Source of the DNA: a virus
Lineage: Duplodnaviria; Caudoviricetes
Direction: 5' to 3' (one strand)
IMG/VR virus record: IMGVR_UViG_3300009502_000072
Span: 1-48,655 of that record
Length of the DNA stretch: 48,655 nucleotides
Shown: piece by piece, positions 34,730-41,653 of the stretch
Numbering within the stretch: position 1 is the first letter of the stretch
How the letters are laid out: each line of letters opens with the position of its first letter
Program-made: the position numbers and the translations under genes
The notes under the pieces: generated by a model
The model's input: only the letters and a program-made list of their open reading frames with translations
Databases searched by the model: none
Told to the model about the DNA's origin: nothing

Positions 34730-35320
34730 TTAAACGCCCCAGCCGAAACGCTTGGCGCAGACGGGGCCGATCCCTCGGGCGGTGGACTCGGCATCGGTCA
34801 GCTTGCGCGAGCAGATCGCGCAGGAGCCGGTCAGCTTGCCGTGCTTGATCGCTTCGCCCTCGGGGTCAGCGACGACCATCAGCACTTTTTGCTCCGCCTC
34901 GTCGTTGCAACCGTAGGACTTGAGGAACTTGCCGCCGGTCATCTTGCCGAGGTAGGTGTCGCCCCACTTGGCGTAGATCGCACCCGGATTTTTGCTGGTC
35001 GCGCCAGCAGGCGAGAAGGTCAGTCCGCCAATGGTCAGGCGGGGACGCTTCAAATTGGAACTGGCGAGAGTGAACGCCGCCTCAAGCTTGTCGACCGAGA
35101 CGACCGGCGCAGTGACCGCTTGATCCAGCCGCGCCAGCTTGCGCTCGACCGAACCGGCGATGCACTTGTCGACTGCGGCAAGTTGACGGTCAGTCAGACC
35201 GCCCCATTTCTGGAGCGCCTCATACAGGCTGACCGCGAAGGGGAACTTAGGATTGTTGACCAGCCATGCATGCTGGATCGGGTGAGCGGCAATCCATGCC
35301 GCCGTTTTTGGGTGACTCAT
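34730..35320 (-). CDS. DUF6011-like zinc-finger protein
   Basis: C-terminal CAICSRKLTDAES..RGIGPVC; SD GGAGG. Confidence 0.75.
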   Translation of the reverse strand: MSHPKTAAWIAAHPIQHAWLVNNPKFPFAVSLYEALQKWGGLTDRQLAAVDKCIAGSVERKLARLDQAVTAPVVSVDKLEAAFTLASSNLKRPRLTIGGLTFSPAGATSKNPGAIYAKWGDTYLGKMTGGKFLKSYGCNDEAEQKVLMVVADPEGEAIKHGKLTGSCAICSRKLTDAESTARGIGPVCAKRFGWGV

Positions 35321-35389
35321 ATAGCCTCCGGAAGTAGTGAGTCGAGGGTGAATCAGCCAGCACCCTGATACAAGGCGCTGACGGGTCAC

Positions 35390-35578
35390 TCACTTGCGCA
35401 TCATGCGGTCGCGGATCGCATCGATCTCCGCCCAAAGCTTCGCGCCGTAGGGGTGATCGGTGCTGTAACCGCCAGCCTGCAGAGCGGCGTGGCAGTCGAG
35501 CAGGGCGAATGTCAGCATCGGTTTGGTGTAGGTGCTGACCTTGCGGCGCATCGCCTGCGCCATTTCAGTGGGGGTCAT
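35390..35578 (-). CDS. Hypothetical protein (first gene of the leftward operon)
   Basis: SD GGAG. Confidence 0.55.
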   Translation of the reverse strand: MTPTEMAQAMRRKVSTYTKPMLTFALLDCHAALQAGGYSTDHPYGAKLWAEIDAIRDRMMRK

Positions 35579-36033
35579 AGTGAACTCCGGTTGGGTGAGG
35601 GGAAATCAGACAGGCGACCTCAGTAATGAAGTGCCTGTCGGATTGGTCTCATACCGGTCTACTTGGGTCAACGTCTGCCCCGTGCTGGCGGCTGCGCCCT
35701 TCTCCATCGCTCCCCTATTCGATGCCCTTTCAGGTTGATCTTTCGGAGTCTTGAGTCCAGCCGCGAGCGACCGAACCGGAACCTTTGGGTGACCTCTGCA
35801 GTATCGATTGTCATGCTGGTCTGCAGCATGCGTTGTCGCGCATCGATGGAGCGCGGGGTGCCTTACCTTTCGCCGTATCGCCCTCTAGATGGGGGTCAGT
35901 CGTCTACTTGGCAGGTGACTACCTTGTCGGGCATGCCCCTCATGAGAAAGGGGGTCGAAGCCGTCCGGTGCAACATGAAAGAACGATCTCATGTACTACT
36001 ACCACTTAACATCAACATCAACTACTAACCTGC

Positions 36034-36062
36034 ATTGTCAATCCATTTAAACAGTAGTGCAA
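36034..36062 (-). promoter_or_regulatory. Candidate promoter for the leftward AAA+/vWA operon
   Basis: TTGCAC-17 bp-GACAAT on the - strand; spacer contains GTTTAAAT. Confidence 0.45.
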
Positions 36063-36171
36063 GCTTTATTTTCAGCAAGGCAGTAGCACTGTGGGGAAAT
36101 AGCAGCGCCAGAGTGTGATCTGGGAACTGATTTGGGTGCCAGATCGGACAGGATGTTCACTGTCATAAAGT

Positions 36172-36359
36172 TATCCCCGCTATCCACAGGGTTATCCACA
36201 GCCCATGATTCCTAAGCAAAACGCAATGCCATTTAAACGGCTTTAAAGGGGTCGCCAAGCCCCGATCTGGGAAGTCCTCATTACCCCCTTGGCACCTTCG
36301 ATAAAAACTCTAAGTGGAACTTGACGCATTCTGTGGATAACTTTGGTGCCTGTGGATAA
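36172..36359. promoter_or_regulatory. Cluster of DnaA boxes
   Basis: TTATCCACA at 36192; TGTGGATAA at 36332 and 36351; near-matches CTATCCACA at 36180 and TTATCCCCG at 36172. Confidence 0.65.
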
Positions 36360-36364
36360 CTCCA

Positions 36365-36424
36365 TGAATGATGGTTCATGAATCACGGTTCACCGTTGGA
36401 TGGTGATTGGTGAACCACGGTTCA
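36365..36424. repeat. Three imperfect palindromes TGAA(T/C)-N4-GTTCA (operator-like)
   Basis: 36365-78, 36379-92, 36411-24. Confidence 0.7.
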
Positions 36425-36501
36425 CGAACGTGGTGCGAACGCAACGATTGTGGGCTGGATCAGTTCGGTTGTATGGCTGAACGGGTCGATAGGGATATGC
36501 T

Positions 36502-37344
36502 ATGGCAACGCAAACACTGATAGAGGGGAAGACTATGGGCAACGAATGGACGATAGACGATCCCAAGGAAGATTTGGGTACGGTCGCCAGCAGACTCGGC
36601 GCGGAGGAGCAATACGGCGAGCGCATGCTCGCAGCGGTCAACCGTGCCAATGCAAAGATAACAAGTAAGGGAACACCAAGAGGTGTAGAGCAGAAGACCA
36701 AAGGCAAGCTAACACCAAAGCAAAGACTGTTTGTGAGTCTGGTCGTACAGGGACACAGCCAGTCCGATGCGTACAGGAAGGCTTACTCAGTCCGAACAGA
36801 CAATCAGGCAGTCGTGAGTTCTCAGGCGAACGCGCTAATGAAGAATCCAAAAGTCAATGCACTGCTTGAGTCTAGCCTCCAACGTCATGAATCCACGCTG
36901 GTCTCAGACGATATTGCCGCTAGAAGGTACGTAATGACTGAGTTGTTAAAGCACAGTCGAGAGTTTAAGGGGGAGAGCCAGCGATTAAAGGCGCTGGAGT
37001 TGATAGGCAAAGCTTCTGGCATGTTCAGTGAACGTGTAAACATCGATGTCAAGACCACCACCACTGAAGACCTGAAGAAGGAACTAGCTAGTCACCTCAA
37101 ACTGCTGGAGCAGATGCCAACCATTGACATCACTCCCAGCCCAACCGTTGCGCAAGGCGAGCCGATCATGGGTGAGGTGATACCTGACCATCACCCAGCC
37201 TCAGTCGACGCCTTGCAGCCTCACGGTTCAAGCCGAGGAACTAGTGAGCCAGCAGTGGCTGATGGTATAGCCAATCCCTATGCTTCCAATCATCCTGATA
37301 GTCGTCACGATGGCAACGACGATGACGACAGGCAGACAGACTGA
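36502..37344 (+). CDS. terS: Terminase small subunit
   Basis: LTPKQRLF...G.SQSDAYRKAY...L.KNPKV HTH and LKALELIGK..GMF; lies upstream of TerL. Confidence 0.8.
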   Translation: MATQTLIEGKTMGNEWTIDDPKEDLGTVASRLGAEEQYGERMLAAVNRANAKITSKGTPRGVEQKTKGKLTPKQRLFVSLVVQGHSQSDAYRKAYSVRTDNQAVVSSQANALMKNPKVNALLESSLQRHESTLVSDDIAARRYVMTELLKHSREFKGESQRLKALELIGKASGMFSERVNIDVKTTTTEDLKKELASHLKLLEQMPTIDITPSPTVAQGEPIMGEVIPDHHPASVDALQPHGSSRGTSEPAVADGIANPYASNHPDSRHDGNDDDDRQTD

Positions 37345-37537
37345 CGCCGTGGCATGACGATGCGTCCCAGCCGAGACCCACCATACCCGCACCCCCGCTT
37401 ATTGACGGCACCTCGTGCCGATCCCTTACATTGCAATCCACTCATCCGATCCCCAATTCAAATCCACTCATCCGATTCCCAATCCACTCCCCTATGCGAA
37501 CAATCTCCTCACCCCCTCCCCCCATGCAAATCTTTGA

Positions 37538-37566
37538 TTGACAAGGTTTAAACGCTTGTGCAGAAT
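37538..37566 (+). promoter_or_regulatory. Sigma70-type promoter with GTTTAAAC in the spacer
   Basis: TTGACA-17 bp-CAGAAT. Confidence 0.6.
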
Positions 37567-37626
37567 GACCCCCGTCGTTCGTGGTTTGTTCATACCCCGT
37601 AGGGGTATATATTTTTGGAGATATCA

Positions 37627-37845
37627 ATGGCAGCACTCAAACGCATCTACGTCGTCATCCACAAGGATGGACTTCATCTGGTCAAGGCTGCACATCGCTC
37701 ACAGGCGCTGAACCATGTGGCGCAGAAGCAGTTCACGGTTCGGGTAGCCACGCAGGATGACCTCGTCAAGTGTCTTGGTGGTGGTGTCATGATCGAAGGC
37801 GCTCAGGATGCAGAGCAGTTGAAACTTGAAGAACAGAGCGTTTAA
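37627..37845 (+). CDS. Conserved small phage protein
   Basis: RIYVV...LVKA...QAL.HVA......VATQDDLV; SD GGAG. Confidence 0.7.
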   Translation: MAALKRIYVVIHKDGLHLVKAAHRSQALNHVAQKQFTVRVATQDDLVKCLGGGVMIEGAQDAEQLKLEEQSV

Positions 37846-37863
37846 ACAAAACGCTTTGTAGTA

Positions 37864-38034
37864 AAGAAGAAATCCTTTCTCTAAGGATTTCTTCTTAGAA
37901 GAACCTCTTTAAAAGCTTTATGACCTTTTAAAGAAAAGCTTTATGACCTAGTTAATAAAAGAACACCCCTATGGGGTGTTCTTAATAACTTATCAATACA
38001 TATAAGTAGTTATATATAGTTATATATAGTTATA
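37864..38034. repeat. AT-rich block of inverted and direct repeats
   Basis: 14-bp IR at 37864-37896; 16-bp DR at 37911 and 37934; 11-bp IR at 37959-37983; TAGTTATATA x2 plus a partial third copy at 38007-38034. Confidence 0.85.
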
Positions 38035-38051
38035 CCTATAAGGATGTAGTT

Positions 38052-38282
38052 ATGACACCTAAACAAAAGTTGGTTCTAGACTTCATCACCGTGTACATCA
38101 AGGTCAAGGGCTTTGCGCCGTCGATGCAGAACATTGCCGATGGGCTTGAACTCAAAAGCCGTTCGAACATCCACCGCATCATCCATGAACTGGAGGCGCT
38201 GGGGGTTCTGAACATGAAAGCCAATGGCGTCAGGACGCTCAAACCAGTCGACAAGACCGTGGACTTCGTCTCGCGCCTATGA
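38052..38282 (+). CDS. LexA-like winged-helix DNA-binding protein (no peptidase domain)
   Basis: TPKQ..VLDFI......G.APS...IA....LKS.S.IH.....L...G. Confidence 0.8.
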   Translation: MTPKQKLVLDFITVYIKVKGFAPSMQNIADGLELKSRSNIHRIIHELEALGVLNMKANGVRTLKPVDKTVDFVSRL

Positions 38283-41200
38283 GCGATATTCTTACCGCCG
38301 AGGAACTTCGGCAGTACGCCAAGCTTCTGGAAATCCTCCCGAAGGGTTCTCCCAACATCGACCGTGTCAGGCAGTTGCTGGAAAATGACCGCATCGCACG
38401 GTGCAAGGACAACTTCCTTCCCTTCGTCCAGTCGATGTGGCCCTCCTTCATCTCAGGGAGGCACCACAAGATCATGGCTGATGCGTTTGAACGCATCGCC
38501 AACGGAACGCTCAAGCGCCTGATCATCAACATGTCACCTCGGCACACCAAGTCGGAATTTGCCTCCTACCTGCTGCCAGCATGGTTCCTCGGAAAATACC
38601 CCGAGAAGAAAATCATCCAGACCGCCCACACCGCAGAACTCGCCGTGGGCTTCGGGCGCAAGGCGCGTAACCTCATCAACAGCATCGATTACCAGACCGT
38701 CTTCAAGACCAAACTCTCGACCGACTCCAAAGCCGCAGGTCGCTGGAACACCTCCGCAGGCGGCGATTACTTCGCCATCGGCGTCGGCGGTGCCGTCACT
38801 GGCAAGGGCGCTGACCTCCTGATCATCGATGACCCTCATGCACTACCATTGGATACGGCGGTTCCAACACCACAAGGATTTAAGACTATTGGTGATTTAG
38901 TTATTGGTGATAGTGTGTATGGCCCGGACGGGCTACCGACGCGGGTTATCGCGAAGTCCACGGTATGCAGAGACCGGGAGTTATTTGCTGTCACGACCGA
39001 TGATAACGAGGTTGTGTACTGTGACGGAGGACATCTTTGGTCATACCACTCTGAGACTGCACTAAAAAACTCACATATTATAAAAACATCTACGGCGCGG
39101 GAATTAGCCAATTGGGACAAACCTAATAAGCCCTATTTGCCCCGGCACTACGCTGTTCAATACTCAGAAGCGGATCTTCCGATTGACCCGTATGTCCTTG
39201 GTGCGTGGCTCGGAGATGGGACAAGTAGCCTTGGAAGAATGACAGCACATCCTGATGATGCCTTGTTTATGCGTACTCAGTTTGAGGCGGCAGGGTATGA
39301 GGTGACTGATCTGAAGAGCGTGTATTCGTTTGGCATCCCCAAATTACGTGGGCAGTTACGAGACCTCGGGGTACTAAATAACAAGCACGTACCGACACCC
39401 TATCTGCAATCTTCTGTATCCCAACGCTTAGCACTTCTTCAGGGAATGATGGATACTGACGGGGATGTTACAGAAGCGGGGCAGTGCAACTTCAATAATA
39501 CAAATAAAGAACTTACTCTGGCTGTTTGTGAGTTGGTGCATAGCCTTGGGGTGAAAGCGAAGATTCACCGCTACGAAGATAGCCGGGTTAACTGTAGCCC
39601 TATATACCGGGTTACGTTCAAGCTTAAAGACGCATGTAGGATGCCACGTAAGCAGATCAGGACGTTTACCCCAACGGACAAGCGGCGGCGCTCGTTTACC
39701 GTGTCCAGAACAGATCGGTGTGCTGATGTACAGTGCATAACTGTTGAGCGGGAAGACGGGCAGTTTCTTGTCGGGCGCGGGTACGTCGTGACACATAACT
39801 CCGAACAGGAGGCGATGCAGGGTAATCCCGAAGTCTATGACCGAGTCTATGAGTGGTACTCGTCGGGGCCTCGCCAGCGCCTGCAGCCGGGGGGGGCAAT
39901 CGTCATCGTCATGTGCATGACAGGCGATACGCCTGTTCTGATGTCAGACGGATCTTCCACTGAACTCAGGCACATCCGCAATGGGGATTCCGTAGCTACC
40001 TATGACTACGAGAAAGGATTGTTCACCACATCAACCGTCAATAATTGGCAGTCAAGTGGTGTTGATTCCATATATACAATACAAACACGATCTGGCAGAA
40101 CACTCCGTGCAAACGAGGATCATCCTTTTCTCGTTGATTTAAACGGAGATCGTTCATGGATAAAGCTGAAAGACCTACAGGTGGGGATGTCTCTTGTAGC
40201 AATGAGTGGTGTACAAGACCAGCCAGATCACAAACAAAGCCCGGACTATGTGCTGCTTGCCAAGCAAGAGCCAGCTACCACAGGAAACATCCAGACGCGC
40301 CCTACCACCCAGATGGATACCACGGGAAATGGAAAGGAGAAACTTGCTGCCAATGCGACAAGCCAGCAGCAATCAAAAGCCTCTGCAAATCTTGTTACAC
40401 CAAGCAATACGACCCTCCACCCAGCACCGCAGAACAGCGCAGAGCCAGAAGGATCAAGAGCAGATACGGGATCACTAGCGAAGCGTATGACAGAATGGTT
40501 GCAGAGCGCAGCAACCGCTGTGATGTCTGTAGTGAGCCACCTTCTGAGAAAAACACTCGCGCCCACTGGAACGGGAAACTCTGTATCGACCACGACCACA
40601 GCACAGGAGTTGTCAGAGGATTGCTCTGCAACAATTGCAATCTCGCAGTTGGATATGGAGAAACCCCAGAAAAATTGCACAGAGCCGCTGAATACCTACA
40701 GCGTTTCGCTGGATCAGATAGTTGACATAACACCATGCGGCGAAGAAGAGGTATTTGATATTGAGGTTGATAGGACTGGTAACTTCATTGCCAACGGGGT
40801 TGTCAGTCACAATACCCGCTGGAGCAAGAAAGACCTGACCGGTCAAATCCTCTCCAACTCCATCAAGCGCGAAGGCGATGAGTGGGAGGTCATCGAATTC
40901 CCCGCCATCATGCCCAGCGGCAAGCCGCTGTGGCCCGAATTCTGGAGCCAGAAGGAACTGGAGGCGATCAAGGCTGAGATCCCCGTCAGCAAGTGGAACG
41001 CCCAGTACCAGCAAAACCCCACCTCGGAAGAGGGCGCGATCATCAAGCGCGACATGTGGAAACGCTGGAAGGAAGAAAAGGCTCCCCCCTGCGATTTCAT
41101 CATCCAAAGCTGGGACACCGCCTTCGAAAAGAACTCCCGCGCCGATTACTCCGCCTGCACCACTTGGGGAGTCTTTGGTCGTTTAAACGACAGGGGTGGA

Positions 41201-41644
41201 TTGATCCACCACATCATCCTGCTTGATGCCTTCAAGGAACGGATGGAGTTCCCCGACCTGAAGACCAAGGCAATGCAGATGTACAAGGACTGGAAGCCAG
41301 ATTCCCTGATCATCGAAAAGAAAGCTGCCGGTGCGCCGCTCATCTACGAACTTCGGCGCATGGGGATTCCATTGCAGGAGTACACACCAACCAAAGGCAA
41401 TGATAAGATTGCGCGTGTAAACGCCATATCCGACCTGTTCGCATCTGGGTTCGTGTGGTGTCCCGAGACGCGCTGGGCAGACGAAGTCGTTGAGGACTGC
41501 GCTGAATTCCCAAATGGCGAGCATGACGACATCATGGACAGCACCTCACAGGCGCTGCTGCGTTTCAGGCAAGGCGGATTCATCACGCTGGACTCCGACG
41601 AGGATGATGATCCTCCAGTCCACCGCAAGCGCAGTTATTACTGA
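38279..41644 (+). CDS. terL: Terminase large subunit with two inteins
   Basis: PRHTKS Walker A; TGKGADLLIIDDP Walker B; VM/TRW coupling motif; SWDTA...DYSA...IEKKA...HDD..D RNase H-like nuclease. Confidence 0.95.
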   Translation: MSDILTAEELRQYAKLLEILPKGSPNIDRVRQLLENDRIARCKDNFLPFVQSMWPSFISGRHHKIMADAFERIANGTLKRLIINMSPRHTKSEFASYLLPAWFLGKYPEKKIIQTAHTAELAVGFGRKARNLINSIDYQTVFKTKLSTDSKAAGRWNTSAGGDYFAIGVGGAVTGKGADLLIIDDPHALPLDTAVPTPQGFKTIGDLVIGDSVYGPDGLPTRVIAKSTVCRDRELFAVTTDDNEVVYCDGGHLWSYHSETALKNSHIIKTSTARELANWDKPNKPYLPRHYAVQYSEADLPIDPYVLGAWLGDGTSSLGRMTAHPDDALFMRTQFEAAGYEVTDLKSVYSFGIPKLRGQLRDLGVLNNKHVPTPYLQSSVSQRLALLQGMMDTDGDVTEAGQCNFNNTNKELTLAVCELVHSLGVKAKIHRYEDSRVNCSPIYRVTFKLKDACRMPRKQIRTFTPTDKRRRSFTVSRTDRCADVQCITVEREDGQFLVGRGYVVTHNSEQEAMQGNPEVYDRVYEWYSSGPRQRLQPGGAIVIVMCMTGDTPVLMSDGSSTELRHIRNGDSVATYDYEKGLFTTSTVNNWQSSGVDSIYTIQTRSGRTLRANEDHPFLVDLNGDRSWIKLKDLQVGMSLVAMSGVQDQPDHKQSPDYVLLAKQEPATTGNIQTRPTTQMDTTGNGKEKLAANATSQQQSKASANLVTPSNTTLHPAPQNSAEPEGSRADTGSLAKRMTEWLQSAATAVMSVVSHLLRKTLAPTGTGNSVSTTTTAQELSEDCSATIAISQLDMEKPQKNCTEPLNTYSVSLDQIVDITPCGEEEVFDIEVDRTGNFIANGVVSHNTRWSKKDLTGQILSNSIKREGDEWEVIEFPAIMPSGKPLWPEFWSQKELEAIKAEIPVSKWNAQYQQNPTSEEGAIIKRDMWKRWKEEKAPPCDFIIQSWDTAFEKNSRADYSACTTWGVFGRLNDRGGLIHHIILLDAFKERMEFPDLKTKAMQMYKDWKPDSLIIEKKAAGAPLIYELRRMGIPLQEYTPTKGNDKIARVNAISDLFASGFVWCPETRWADEVVEDCAEFPNGEHDDIMDSTSQALLRFRQGGFITLDSDEDDDPPVHRKRSYY
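38840..39799 (+). mobile_element. Intein 1: Ala-starting class 3 intein with LAGLIDADG endonuclease (320 aa)
   Basis: DDPH|ALPLDT...VVTHN|S; W in block B (HLW), C in block F (VQCITV), T in block G; LGAWLGDG and LQGMMDTDG motifs. Confidence 0.9.
39914..40813 (+). mobile_element. Intein 2: class 1 intein (300 aa) with no in-frame endonuclease
   Basis: IVM|CMTGDT...ANEDHPF...VFDIEV..TGNFIANGVVSHN|TRW. Confidence 0.9.
40156..40725 (+). CDS. Endonuclease VII-family (His-Me) homing endonuclease nested out of frame in intein 2
   Basis: YGIT...CDVC...LCIDHDH.TG.VRGLLCNNCN.A.G motif; own SD GGAG at 40145-48. Confidence 0.85.
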   Translation: MDKAERPTGGDVSCSNEWCTRPARSQTKPGLCAACQARASYHRKHPDAPYHPDGYHGKWKGETCCQCDKPAAIKSLCKSCYTKQYDPPPSTAEQRRARRIKSRYGITSEAYDRMVAERSNRCDVCSEPPSEKNTRAHWNGKLCIDHDHSTGVVRGLLCNNCNLAVGYGETPEKLHRAAEYLQRFAGSDS

Positions 41645-41653
41645 GGACGCATC

